This document shows positions 9,324 through 18,054 of a stretch of DNA of 64,000 nucleotides, in pieces. Both the position numbers and the translations under genes were made by a program. This stretch comes from Hyphomonadaceae bacterium (GTDB lineage: Bacteria; Pseudomonadota; Alphaproteobacteria; Caulobacterales; Hyphomonadaceae). The notes beneath the pieces are model-generated. The model was not told where the DNA came from. It made no database searches and saw only the letters and a program-made list of their open reading frames with translations. The stretch lies in the NCBI GenBank assembly GCA_022844475.1, contig JALHLR010000004.1, positions 9,004 through 73,003 on the forward strand. Direction: 5' to 3'. How positions within the stretch are numbered: position 1 is the first letter of the stretch; each line of letters begins with the position of its first letter.

Positions 9324-10853
9324 CTACCCCACGCTCCCCTCAAGACTCACCTCAAGCAGCTTCTGGGCCTCCACGGCAAACTCCATCGGAAGCTTCTGCA
9401 GCACATCACGGACGAAGCCGTTCACCAGCAGCGCAACCGCCTCCTCTTCACCGATGCCGCGCTGGCGGGCGTAGAAGAGCTGGTCGTCGGACAGCTTTGT
9501 CGTCGTCGCTTCATGTTCGAGTTGCGCATCGCCGCGGCGGTTCTCGACATAAGGGATGGTGTGCGCGCCGCAATTCTGGCCGATCAGCAGGCTATCGCAC
9601 TGCGTAAAGTTCCGCGCCTTTGCAGCCTTGCCGTGGATCGAGACGAGCCCGCGATAGGTGTTGTTCGACTTGCCGGCAGAAATCCCCTTGGAGATGATCC
9701 GCGACTTCGTGTTCTTGCCGAGGTGGATCATCTTGGTGCCGGTATCGGCCTGCTGGTGGCCGTTGGTCACCGCGATCGAGTAGAACTCTCCCTGGCTGTC
9801 ATCGCCCCGCAGGATGCAGCTGGGATACTTCCAGGTGATCGCAGATCCGGTCTCAACCTGCGTCCATGAGATGCGCGAGCGTGCGCCGCGGCAGTCGCCA
9901 CGCTTGGTGACGAAGTTGTAGACCCCGCCCTTGCCTGCAGAGTCTCCCGGCCACCAGTTCTGCACGGTCGAATATTTGATCTCTGCATCCGCCAACGCGA
10001 CAAGTTCAACCACCGCTGCATGCAGCTGGTTCTCGTCACGCATCGGCGCCGTGCACCCCTCAAGATATGACACATACCCGCCTTCATCGACGATGATCAG
10101 CGTCCGCTCGAACTGTCCCGTCCCCTTCGCATTCATCCGGAAGTAAGTGGACAACTCCATGGGGCAGCGAACGCCCTTCGGCACGTAGACAAACGTCCCG
10201 TCCGAAAACACCGCCGAGTTCAACGTCGCAAAGAAATTGTCCGTCACGGGCACGACGCTGCCGAGGTATTGCTTGATGAGGTCCGGGTATTCGCGGACCG
10301 CCTCGGAGATCGACATGAAGATCACACCGGCCTTCATCAGCTCGGCGCGGAAGGTGGTCGCAACGCTTACGCTGTCGAAGACCGCGTCCACCGCAACGCG
10401 GGGCGTCTCGCGGGCGGCAGCTGCCGTCTCCATCGCGCCTTCGACCCCGAGCAGAACCTCCTGCTCCTTCAGCGGAATGCCGAGCTTGGTGTAGGTGTCG
10501 AGAATCTCCTGCGGCACATCCGCTATCGACTTGTACTTCGCGCCACCCTTTGGCTCCGCGTAGTAGTGCGCGTCCTGGTAGTCGATCTTCGGATAATGGA
10601 CCATCGCCCAGGTCGGCTCGATCATTTCCTTCCAGCGCTGGAAGGCCTCGAGCCGCCACTGCAGCATCCACTCCGGCTCTTCCTTCTTGGCCGAAATGTA
10701 GCGGACGGTCTCTTCGCTCAGCCCCCTGGGCGCAAGCTCCATCTCGATGTCGGTGACGAAGCCTTCGACGTACTTGTCCGACTCAAGTTCGCGCGCGGCA
10801 TCTACCGTCCCGCGATCAATGCTGTCCTTAACGAGGTCGCGACCGTCGCTCAT
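9324..10853 (-). CDS. sufB: Fe-S cluster assembly scaffold SufB
   Basis: Very characteristic SufB sequence ([44 protein letters not shown]). Confidence 0.95.
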   Translation of the reverse strand: MSDGRDLVKDSIDRGTVDAARELESDKYVEGFVTDIEMELAPRGLSEETVRYISAKKEEPEWMLQWRLEAFQRWKEMIEPTWAMVHYPKIDYQDAHYYAEPKGGAKYKSIADVPQEILDTYTKLGIPLKEQEVLLGVEGAMETAAAARETPRVAVDAVFDSVSVATTFRAELMKAGVIFMSISEAVREYPDLIKQYLGSVVPVTDNFFATLNSAVFSDGTFVYVPKGVRCPMELSTYFRMNAKGTGQFERTLIIVDEGGYVSYLEGCTAPMRDENQLHAAVVELVALADAEIKYSTVQNWWPGDSAGKGGVYNFVTKRGDCRGARSRISWTQVETGSAITWKYPSCILRGDDSQGEFYSIAVTNGHQQADTGTKMIHLGKNTKSRIISKGISAGKSNNTYRGLVSIHGKAAKARNFTQCDSLLIGQNCGAHTIPYVENRRGDAQLEHEATTTKLSDDQLFYARQRGIGEEEAVALLVNGFVRDVLQKLPMEFAVEAQKLLEVSLEGSVG

Positions 10854-11218
10854 GCCTGCTCCGCGAGAACATAAATCGAAGCAATACGCGGCGTCGGCGC
10901 GAGGTCCACAGTTACTGGCACGCGCCGGTAGCCCGGGCCTTCAAATTCATCGAGCCGCTCCCAATGAGCCGGCAGGTCGTCGGATTCAAACACTTGCACT
11001 TCGACAGCCTGGCCATCCGGATCCAGCATGAGGCCAGGAAAGCCAAGCGCTGCGCCCCATCCCTTGGGGGCAAGGCGGCCGCGCACGGTGCCAAGCCTCC
11101 ATCTGCCGGCAATCATCCCGATCTGCCCATGATTCTCCTTGCCCGGAGCAAGCGTTCCGTAGACCGCAAGCGCGGTATCGGCCTCACTGCTCGCTGCGTC
11201 AGGCATGTGCGTCAGCAT
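10850..11218 (-). CDS. Gamma-glutamylcyclotransferase-like (AIG2/GGACT fold) protein
   Basis: N-terminal [10 protein letters not shown] and later YRRVPV pattern, about 120 aa. Overlaps the upstream desulfurase stop and shares ATGA with the sufB start. Confidence 0.65.
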   Translation of the reverse strand: MLTHMPDAASSEADTALAVYGTLAPGKENHGQIGMIAGRWRLGTVRGRLAPKGWGAALGFPGLMLDPDGQAVEVQVFESDDLPAHWERLDEFEGPGYRRVPVTVDLAPTPRIASIYVLAEQA

Positions 11219-12365
11219 TTGAATTCACCAGTTGCGGACGCGCCCGCGCGGCCATCTTGATCCAGGCCTCGGCTAGAACCTCAAATTCACCCGGGGCCGA
11301 GTTCCAGCCGAAGCTCGCCCGGACGGACGACCGGGCCGCGGTATCGCCGAGCCCCATTGCGGTCAACACACGGCTGGGCTTCACTTTTCCCGACGAACAG
11401 GCAGAGCCTGCAGAAAGCGCAAAGCCTGCCAGGTCGAGACCCATTATCTGGGTTTCCGAAGGCAGGCCTTCAATGCCAAAGCAGGAAACTCCCGCAACAC
11501 GTGGCGCAGTGCCGCCGTGAACCTGCAAGGTCGGCGCAACCGCTTTCAGCCGCCACTCCATCCGGTCGCGATGGGGCGCAAGCGCGTGGTAGCCGGCAAT
11601 GTCGCGCAACGCGGCTTCCACAGCGGCGCCAAATCCGACAACCCCGGCGATATTCTCCGTTCCGGCGCGACGCCCAAACTCCTGGCCGCCGCCGGTCTGA
11701 ACCGCGCGAAAGGGCGCGCCCGGCTTCACGTAAAGTGCGCCCACGCCATGTGGGCCGCCGATCTTGTGCGCCGACAGAGACAGATAATCGACGTTGATGT
11801 CGATGATCGACACATCTACCTTACCCAGAGCCTGGATCGCATCGCAGTGGATCAACCCGCCAGCTGCGTGCACGATCTCGGCGGCCTCCGCGACCGGCTG
11901 GATCACGCCGGTTTCGTTGTTGACCATCATCAGCGAGACGAGAGGTCGCAGGCCCTGCCTCACCGTCTTTGCCACGTCTGCTTTCAATGAATCCAAATCG
12001 ACTACGCCGTCAGCCGCGACGAACCAAGTGTGGTGGTCGTCCCGCAACGCATGGCTTGCCGCCGCAGCATGCTCGATCGGCGAGATCAACAGGCTGACAT
12101 TCCCGCACAAGAGCGCGCCACGCAGCGGCGCACCTACCGCCTCCGTCCCCCCACTCGTGAAAGCGATATCGTCCCGGCACGCGCCGATTGCCCCAGCCAA
12201 GGTCTCGCGAGCGCCCTCCACGAGCGTCCGAACCTTGCGGCCTTCAGCATGCACGGACGACGGATTGCCCGTCAGGTCCAACGCGCCAGCTATCGCCACT
12301 TTCGCCTCAGGGCGAAGGGGCGCTGTCGCGTTGTAATCTGCATAGGTCCGGCGCGCAGGGGTCAT
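11199..12365 (-). CDS. Cysteine desulfurase, class I (NifS/IscS-like)
   Basis: SAHKIGGPHGVGALY (PLP Lys) and SAGSACSSG (catalytic Cys). Start set at MTPARRTYADYNATAP (ATG 12365); the upstream part of the track ORF is Arg/Ser-rich junk. Confidence 0.85.
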   Translation of the reverse strand: MTPARRTYADYNATAPLRPEAKVAIAGALDLTGNPSSVHAEGRKVRTLVEGARETLAGAIGACRDDIAFTSGGTEAVGAPLRGALLCGNVSLLISPIEHAAAASHALRDDHHTWFVAADGVVDLDSLKADVAKTVRQGLRPLVSLMMVNNETGVIQPVAEAAEIVHAAGGLIHCDAIQALGKVDVSIIDINVDYLSLSAHKIGGPHGVGALYVKPGAPFRAVQTGGGQEFGRRAGTENIAGVVGFGAAVEAALRDIAGYHALAPHRDRMEWRLKAVAPTLQVHGGTAPRVAGVSCFGIEGLPSETQIMGLDLAGFALSAGSACSSGKVKPSRVLTAMGLGDTAARSSVRASFGWNSAPGEFEVLAEAWIKMAARARPQLVNSNADAHA

Positions 12366-12390
12366 GCCCCGGCTTCTACGCCAATTTGGC

Positions 12391-12834
12391 TCAAGCCGAC
12401 AGGCTTTGCCGATCCTCGGATGCATCCAATCCGAACGCGCGCTTGTACGTTCCCGAAAGCAGGTCAGCGAGGGTGACACGCTCAAGGAAACGCTCGATGT
12501 GGACATCGAGCGCGTCCCACAGACCGGCGGCGGGGCCTTCCGACCAGTCTCGAGCGCCGGCTTCGGTGCTGGCGCCTGGGTCATCGACCGCCTGGAATAC
12601 CTGCCCGACCGTGATTTCACCCGCCGGGCGCTGCAGTCTGTAGCCGCCGCCCGGGCCACGGGAGGCAGCAACGAGCCCGGCCCGTCGTAACATCGCGAAC
12701 AGTTGTTCGAGATAGGAGAGCGAAATCCGCTGTCTCACGGCAACGTCGGCAAGCGAAACCGGCCTGGCGCCGGCATTTCCAGCCACGTCAAGAACCGCCA
12801 CAACCGCGTACCTGCCCTTGGAACTCATGCGCAT
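12391..12834 (-). CDS. Rrf2-family transcriptional regulator (IscR-position, but cysteine-free)
   Basis: SKGRYAV...ISLSYLEQLF...RGPGGGYRL winged-helix signature. First gene of the suf operon. The translation contains no Cys. Confidence 0.85.
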   Translation of the reverse strand: MRMSSKGRYAVVAVLDVAGNAGARPVSLADVAVRQRISLSYLEQLFAMLRRAGLVAASRGPGGGYRLQRPAGEITVGQVFQAVDDPGASTEAGARDWSEGPAAGLWDALDVHIERFLERVTLADLLSGTYKRAFGLDASEDRQSLSA

Positions 12835-12908
12835 GGGAGCACCTGATCTGGTGGGGCCGGTGATACGGCCTCGGTGGTGTTACGCTGCGCCAACGCGCGC
12901 GGATCACA

Positions 12909-12937
12909 CGAAATACTTGAAACCCGGACCCGAAATA
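12909..12937. promoter_or_regulatory. Candidate operator: direct repeat CGAAATA...CGAAATA (22-nt phase) in the Rrf2/suf divergent promoter region
   Basis: caCGAAATActt at 12909-12915 and ccCGAAATAgtg at 12931-12937, about 75-100 nt upstream of the Rrf2 start. Pattern only. Confidence 0.2.
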
Positions 12938-13006
12938 GTGTTTGTCGGCCACCTCGGGCGCACCACTTCCCTCAGCACCGCCTGATGCAGATATCGTGAG
13001 CAAGTC

Positions 13007-13726
13007 ATGGGCGAACTGATCATCTCGGGTCCAGCAGGGCGGATCGAGGCCCGCTATGCGCAGGCCCCGGGCGAGAATCCGCCTATTGCTTTGATTCTTC
13101 ACCCTCACCCGAAGGCTGGGGGCACGATGCAGGACCCGGTTACGATCACCCTGTTCGAAATGTTCGCGGCCCATGGCTTCTCGACCATGCGATTCAACTT
13201 TCGTGGCGTTGGCCGCTCGCAGGGACAGTTCGACGCAGGTGTCGCGGAGCTTTCCGACGCTGCCTACGTGCTCGATCACCTCGAGGCCCTCAACGAAGCG
13301 CCGAGCCAGTGTTGGGTCGCAGGCTCATCTTTCGGAGCCTACATCTGCCTGCAGCTGCTGATGCGCCGTCCGGAGATCGACGGATTTGTCGCCGTCGCGC
13401 CGCCAGCCAATCACTATGATCTTTCATTCCTCGCCCCCTGCCCCGCATCCGGCATCATCATATCCGGCGACAAGGACGTGGTCGCGCCGCCTCAGGACAT
13501 CGACCGTTCGCTCACCAAAGTCCGCGTGCAGAAAGGCGAAGTAATCGAGCGCGCCACTGTGACCGGCGCCAACCACTTCTTCCAGGGCAAGCTGGATGAT
13601 ATGGAGAAGACGGCTTCCGCCTACCTGAAGAAGCGCATGAAGGCGTTCGAGAAGGCACAGAAGGAAGCCGCCGAGGCCAAGGCGATCAAGGACGCCGCCA
13701 AGCTGCCGCCCCCTAAGCCGGCCTGA
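13007..13726 (+). CDS. Alpha/beta hydrolase (COG2945-like) with Lys/Ala/Glu-rich C-terminal tail
   Basis: LILHPHP, nucleophile elbow GSSFG and GDKDVVAP motifs. Tail KKRMKAFEKAQKEAAEAKAIKDAAK. Confidence 0.7.
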   Translation: MGELIISGPAGRIEARYAQAPGENPPIALILHPHPKAGGTMQDPVTITLFEMFAAHGFSTMRFNFRGVGRSQGQFDAGVAELSDAAYVLDHLEALNEAPSQCWVAGSSFGAYICLQLLMRRPEIDGFVAVAPPANHYDLSFLAPCPASGIIISGDKDVVAPPQDIDRSLTKVRVQKGEVIERATVTGANHFFQGKLDDMEKTASAYLKKRMKAFEKAQKEAAEAKAIKDAAKLPPPKPA

Positions 13727-13730
13727 CGCC

Positions 13731-14075
13731 GTGTCGCTCGATAACCCGAACACGGTGGATGCGGTCGGCATTGATCCGGATTCCGGCCACGCCGTCCTCG
13801 TGATCCAGGACCAGATGGACTGGAGCGACGCTGCCGCGCATTTCCGTGCACTCCAGAAGAAGATCAGCAACTACGTCGCCTTCATCCAGAACGGACAGCT
13901 CGAGACCACAGCGTTCCACGCGAAGGGCCGGCCGCCGCGGATCGGCATCGTCATGGCCTTCGAACCGCCGGCGCCAGCGATCGAAATTCTTGCGGGCGTT
14001 GGGGATGAACTTGCGAAGGTCGGTATCGACTTTGGCTATGGACCACTGCCGACAGGCTACAAGCGCGCGAACTGA
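13731..14075 (+). CDS. Small hypothetical protein (114 aa)
   Basis: GTG start 5 nt after the hydrolase stop. Reasonable third-position GC. No family recognised with confidence. Confidence 0.5.
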   Translation: MSLDNPNTVDAVGIDPDSGHAVLVIQDQMDWSDAAAHFRALQKKISNYVAFIQNGQLETTAFHAKGRPPRIGIVMAFEPPAPAIEILAGVGDELAKVGIDFGYGPLPTGYKRAN

Positions 14076-14114
14076 GCTTGCAGCGCCTCGGTCCGTCAGG
14101 CATCTCTCGACCCC

Positions 14115-14909
14115 ATGGCCGAGACACAAGAACCCTTCTTCCATCGTGAGGGCGACACCTACACGCCAACGCTCAGAGCCAATGGCTGGTGGCGACCGAC
14201 CGGCAATCTTCATGCTCGCGTGATGATCGGCCTGTTCGCGCATGTCATCGAACAGCAGTACGGCGAACCGGATCTCCGGCCAGCGAGGCTGACGGCAGAT
14301 CTCTATCGCTTGCCGGATCTCGCACCGATCACCGTTTCCACGCGCATGGTCAGGCAGGGCGGGCGGATCAAGGTGATAGAGGCAGAGTTGTTCAGCGGCG
14401 GCGTCTCCTCAGCACGCGCGTCCTGTCAGCTTCTCCGTCGTTCGCAGCAGCCTGAAGCCTCCGTCTGGTCGCAACCCGGTTGGGACGCCGCGCCGCCGGA
14501 TCAGGTGGCGCCGCCGCCAAAGCCGTTCACCGACAAGTGGGAGATGCGCCCGATCCTGCCGCCAGGCGTTATTGTTGCGAACGACCTCCGCGCGCCGGGA
14601 CCGCGCCGCACATGGCTGCGCGAAGTGCGCCCGTTGGTGGGCGGAGAGCCCTATACGCCTTTCAGCCGCGTGGCGACCGGGGTCGACTATACAAGCCCCA
14701 TCGCCAACGGCTCGGAAACCGGTCTCGACTTCATCAATTCCGACATAACGCTGTACCTCCATCGTCAACCCGTCGGCGAATGGATTGGCTACGAAGTAGC
14801 CGACCATCAGAGCGCCGAAGGCATCGCGCTGGGCCACTGCAGGCTGCATGATGCTCACGGACCGATCGGTTTCTCGTCTTGCGCGGCGCTGGCGCAGAAC
14901 CGGCGATAG
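14115..14909 (+). CDS. Thioesterase-like (double hotdog, acyl-CoA thioesterase family) protein
   Basis: Size and N-terminal FFHREGDTYTPT...HARV pattern resemble TesB-like thioesterase-fold proteins. Call is tentative. Confidence 0.55.
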   Translation: MAETQEPFFHREGDTYTPTLRANGWWRPTGNLHARVMIGLFAHVIEQQYGEPDLRPARLTADLYRLPDLAPITVSTRMVRQGGRIKVIEAELFSGGVSSARASCQLLRRSQQPEASVWSQPGWDAAPPDQVAPPPKPFTDKWEMRPILPPGVIVANDLRAPGPRRTWLREVRPLVGGEPYTPFSRVATGVDYTSPIANGSETGLDFINSDITLYLHRQPVGEWIGYEVADHQSAEGIALGHCRLHDAHGPIGFSSCAALAQNRR

Positions 14910-15086
14910 CCAAGCTCAGCCGTCGGATTCCTTAGCCCGGCATGGTAAACATCGCTCATGCGGCGGAGGGGCGGAGGCGTCGATGCGGCAGGCTTGAGCA
15001 TCAGGCTACACGTTACGATCGCCTTATAGATGGTTGGCGGCACGCTGGCTCCGGTACAGAAGCTCTGGCGCAACGACCCCGGAAAC

Positions 15087-15116
15087 TTGACGATTTGCTA
15101 CACGCCAGACTATCTA
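15087..15116 (+). promoter_or_regulatory. Candidate sigma70-type promoter TTGACG-N18-TATCTA upstream of the tyrS leader
   Basis: TTGACG 15087-15092 and TATCTA 15111-15116. The predicted start site falls at or next to ATG 15123. Confidence 0.3.
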
Positions 15117-15122
15117 GCGGCC

Positions 15123-15173
15123 ATGTCGCACCGCGCCACCCTCTCCGCGTACTATTACCGCACGCTGAAATAA
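15123..15173 (+). CDS. Candidate Tyr-rich leader peptide MSHRATLSAYYYRTLK (frame open back to ATG 15030, 47 codons, 5 Tyr)
   Basis: TAC TAT TAC at 15150-15158. The stop lies 85 nt upstream of the tyrS GTG. Alternative GGCGG/CCGCC/GGCGG pairings follow the stop. Confidence 0.35.
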   Translation: MSHRATLSAYYYRTLK

Positions 15174-15258
15174 GCGGGCGGTGCGAACATGCATGCCGCC
15201 TGAACCGGCGGCATACTGAGATGGCCTCCGGTCTGGCAGACCCTTAGGAGCCTCTCTC

Positions 15259-16524
15259 GTGACACTCGACGCAGCAAACGCCAACTCGACATTCCTCAGG
15301 GAAATGATCGGCCGCGGCCATGTCTACCAGCTAACCGACGAGAAGGGCCTCGACGCCTACGCCTCCACCGGCGCGCCCTGCGGCTATATCGGCTTCGACG
15401 CCACCGCGAAGTCGCTCCACGTCGGCAGCCTCGTGCAGATCATGAACCTGCGCCGCCTCCAGCAGGCCGGCGGCAAGCCTGTCGTCCTGATGGGTGGCGG
15501 GACGACCAAGATCGGCGATCCGACCGACAAGGAGAAGTCGCGTCCGATCCTGACGACCGAAGAGATCGCCGCCAACATGGGGGGCATCAAGAAGAACTTC
15601 GAACCCTTCCTGAAATTCGGCAACGGCCCCACCGACGCCATCATGGTCGACAACGCCGAATGGCTAGACCAGATCAAGTGGATCGAATTCCTTCGCGACT
15701 ACGGCAAGCACTTCACGATCAACAAGATGATCGCGCAGGAAACGGTCCGACGCCGCCTGGATAACGAGGAGCCGTACACCTTCCTCGAATTCAACTACAT
15801 GCTGCTGCAGGCCTATGACTTCCTGGAGCTGGCACGCCGCCTCGACTGCCGCATCCAGATGGGCGGCTCTGACCAGTGGGGCAACATCGTCAACGGCATC
15901 GACCTCACCCGACGGATCATCGACAAGCAGGTCTTCGGCGTCACTACCCCACTGATCACCACAGCGAGCGGTGGCAAGATGGGCAAGACGGCCGAGGGCG
16001 CCGTCTGGCTCAATCCGGACATGCGCAGCCCGTACGACTACTGGCAATTCTGGCGCAACACGGAGGATGCCGACGTCGCGCGCTTCATGCGCCTGTTCAC
16101 GGACCTACCGGCATCGGAAATCAGCGAACATGCCAAGGCGCAAGGCGCCGCGATCAACGACGCCAAGAAGCGCCTCGCCGACGTCGCCACCGCGATGCTC
16201 CACGGAGAGGAAGAGGCGGCAAAAGCCGCGGCCGCCGCCGAGGCGGTCTTCAAAGGCGGTGGATCCGCCGATGGCATGCCGACCTTCGAAGTCGAGCGAG
16301 CCAGACTTGCTGGCGGCTATTCCATAGCCGAGGCGCTGGTCGCGGCGGGACTCGTCGACTCAAAAGGCGACGCCAGACGCCAGGTCGCAGGCAATGCGGT
16401 AAAGCTGAATGGTGAGCCAGTAACTGACGACAAGCACGCCATCACGGAAGCCGCGCTGGATGCGGAAGGTACCGCGCGCCTTTCCGTCGGCAAGAAGCGG
16501 CACGCGCGCCTGAAGGCTGTCTGA
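15259..16524 (+). CDS. tyrS: Tyrosine--tRNA ligase
   Basis: HIGH-type motif (LHVGSL), KMSKS-type motif (KMGKT) and a C-terminal S4-like domain. AGGAG lies 8 nt before the GTG. Confidence 0.95.
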   Translation: MTLDAANANSTFLREMIGRGHVYQLTDEKGLDAYASTGAPCGYIGFDATAKSLHVGSLVQIMNLRRLQQAGGKPVVLMGGGTTKIGDPTDKEKSRPILTTEEIAANMGGIKKNFEPFLKFGNGPTDAIMVDNAEWLDQIKWIEFLRDYGKHFTINKMIAQETVRRRLDNEEPYTFLEFNYMLLQAYDFLELARRLDCRIQMGGSDQWGNIVNGIDLTRRIIDKQVFGVTTPLITTASGGKMGKTAEGAVWLNPDMRSPYDYWQFWRNTEDADVARFMRLFTDLPASEISEHAKAQGAAINDAKKRLADVATAMLHGEEEAAKAAAAAEAVFKGGGSADGMPTFEVERARLAGGYSIAEALVAAGLVDSKGDARRQVAGNAVKLNGEPVTDDKHAITEAALDAEGTARLSVGKKRHARLKAV

Positions 16525-16651
16525 CGCACCTGCGAACAAGGTTTGTCGGCATTCCGCAGGGTTTCGGACACCACCTTGGCGTCTTTCCGCCTTTCGCTGC
16601 CTCACGAAAGAGGTCTAGTCTTCCCGATAGAAATGTCGGGGAGACAACGCC

Positions 16652-18043
16652 ATGAGCATCCGCACCATTCTGGCAGCATCGTGCGCGCTGGCCGCGCTGC
16701 AATCTGCCCCGGCCGCTTTCGCTCAGGACAAGGCGCTGGCGATCACGATCTATGCAGATGACCTCGCCCTGGTGCAGGACAAGCGTCCGGTCGAGGTGAC
16801 CGGCGGCCGACAGCGAATCGAGTTCGCTGGCGTCTCAGCCCAGATCCGGCCTGAGACTGTCTCGCTCTCCGCCAACGGCGTGACGATCGTGGAACAGAAT
16901 TTCGACTTCGACCTGCTCACGCCCGCCAAGCTTATGGAGAAAGCAGTCGGCACCGTCGTAACGATCGTACGCGTCAATCCCGCAACCGGCCAGGAAACCC
17001 GCGAACAAGCGGAAGTTCTCGCGACAAACAATGGCGTCGTCCTCAAGATCGGCGAGCGGATTGAAGTCCTGCGCGACGATGGCCTGCCCGTGCGGGTGAT
17101 CTTCGAGAAGGTGCCGGAGAACCTGCGCTCCAGGCCCACGCTCTCTGTGACTGTCGATGGCGACCGCCGAGGCTCGCGCCCGGCAACGCTCAGCTACCTC
17201 ACCTCCGGGCTCGGCTGGCGCGCCGACTATGTCGCGCTGTTTGACGACGCCAGCTCCAAGATCGACGTGCAGGGCTGGGTGACGCTCACCAACTCCAGTG
17301 GCACGACTTACGACAACGCGGACACCACGCTTGTCGCCGGTTCGCCGCTGCGTGCAGGCGGCGGTTATCAGGGATCGCAGTACGGACGCCCGCAACGCCC
17401 GCAACTCGTCACCGCCGGCACGGAAACAGGCGACCGCGAACGCCTCGGCGATTTCTATCTGTATCCGCTGGCCGAACGCACCACGATCGCCAACATGCAG
17501 ACCAAGCAGGTCAGCTTCCTCGACGTGCACGGCGTACCAGCCAAACACGGCTATGAATTCCGCAACTACTGGATGGGCACGCACGAAGAGCCACAGAGCG
17601 CCAAGACGGTCTACCGTTTCGCCACCGGCTCAGCCGACGGTCTCGGCGACCAGCTCCCGGCTGGCGTGCTCCGCTTCTACATGCGCGACAAGCAGGGTGA
17701 CCCGCAATTCATCGGCGAAAGCACGATCGACCACACGCCCATGGGTTCGACGCTCTCCGTGTCCACCGGTGACGCCTTCGATGTGAAGGTGAAACCCGTC
17801 GTCGAGAAGCGCGAACGCCTCTCCTCGCGGCGCTGGCGCACGACGATGACATACACGCTTTCGAACGCCAGCCCGCGCGCGGTCACCGTCGCGCTGCAGC
17901 AGGACGGCCTGTGGGGCGACACGCGAATCCAGAGCGAGACCATGCGCTCGACCCGGCCCAACGCCGACATGGCCGAATGGCAGGTCAACGTGCCCGCCAA
18001 CGGCACGAGCGAACTGACAGTCGTCTTCGACTCCAGCTACTGA
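16652..18043 (+). CDS. Secreted DUF4139-type (DUF4140/DUF4139, MuiA-like) protein, paralog 1
   Basis: Signal peptide ...APAAFAQ. Family-typical pattern ITIY...LALV...RIEFAGVS...PETVSL and LSYLTSGLGWRADYV. Confidence 0.75.
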   Translation: MSIRTILAASCALAALQSAPAAFAQDKALAITIYADDLALVQDKRPVEVTGGRQRIEFAGVSAQIRPETVSLSANGVTIVEQNFDFDLLTPAKLMEKAVGTVVTIVRVNPATGQETREQAEVLATNNGVVLKIGERIEVLRDDGLPVRVIFEKVPENLRSRPTLSVTVDGDRRGSRPATLSYLTSGLGWRADYVALFDDASSKIDVQGWVTLTNSSGTTYDNADTTLVAGSPLRAGGGYQGSQYGRPQRPQLVTAGTETGDRERLGDFYLYPLAERTTIANMQTKQVSFLDVHGVPAKHGYEFRNYWMGTHEEPQSAKTVYRFATGSADGLGDQLPAGVLRFYMRDKQGDPQFIGESTIDHTPMGSTLSVSTGDAFDVKVKPVVEKRERLSSRRWRTTMTYTLSNASPRAVTVALQQDGLWGDTRIQSETMRSTRPNADMAEWQVNVPANGTSELTVVFDSSY

Positions 18044-18054
18044 GGCGCGCAGCC

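Noticed and set aside
15087-15122. Treating the tyrS-upstream TTGACG/TATCTA pair as a confident promoter.
   Set aside because: The same bases are in frame within the longer 47-codon version of the upstream ORF (TTG 15087 is itself a potential start), so the promoter reading and the long-ORF reading compete. It is retained only as a low-confidence feature.
17911-18054. N-terminal extensions of track ORFs. Examples are 17911 for DUF4139 paralog 2, 31689 for LOG, 32815 for the hotdog-like protein, 12671 for the desulfurase, 51548 for gltX, 57875 for tig, 57855 for VOC and 61944 for the Mo subunit.
   Set aside because: The extensions are Arg-rich, often overlap the neighbouring gene or a divergent promoter, and precede internal starts that reproduce canonical N-termini or signal peptides. 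The shorter starts are used.
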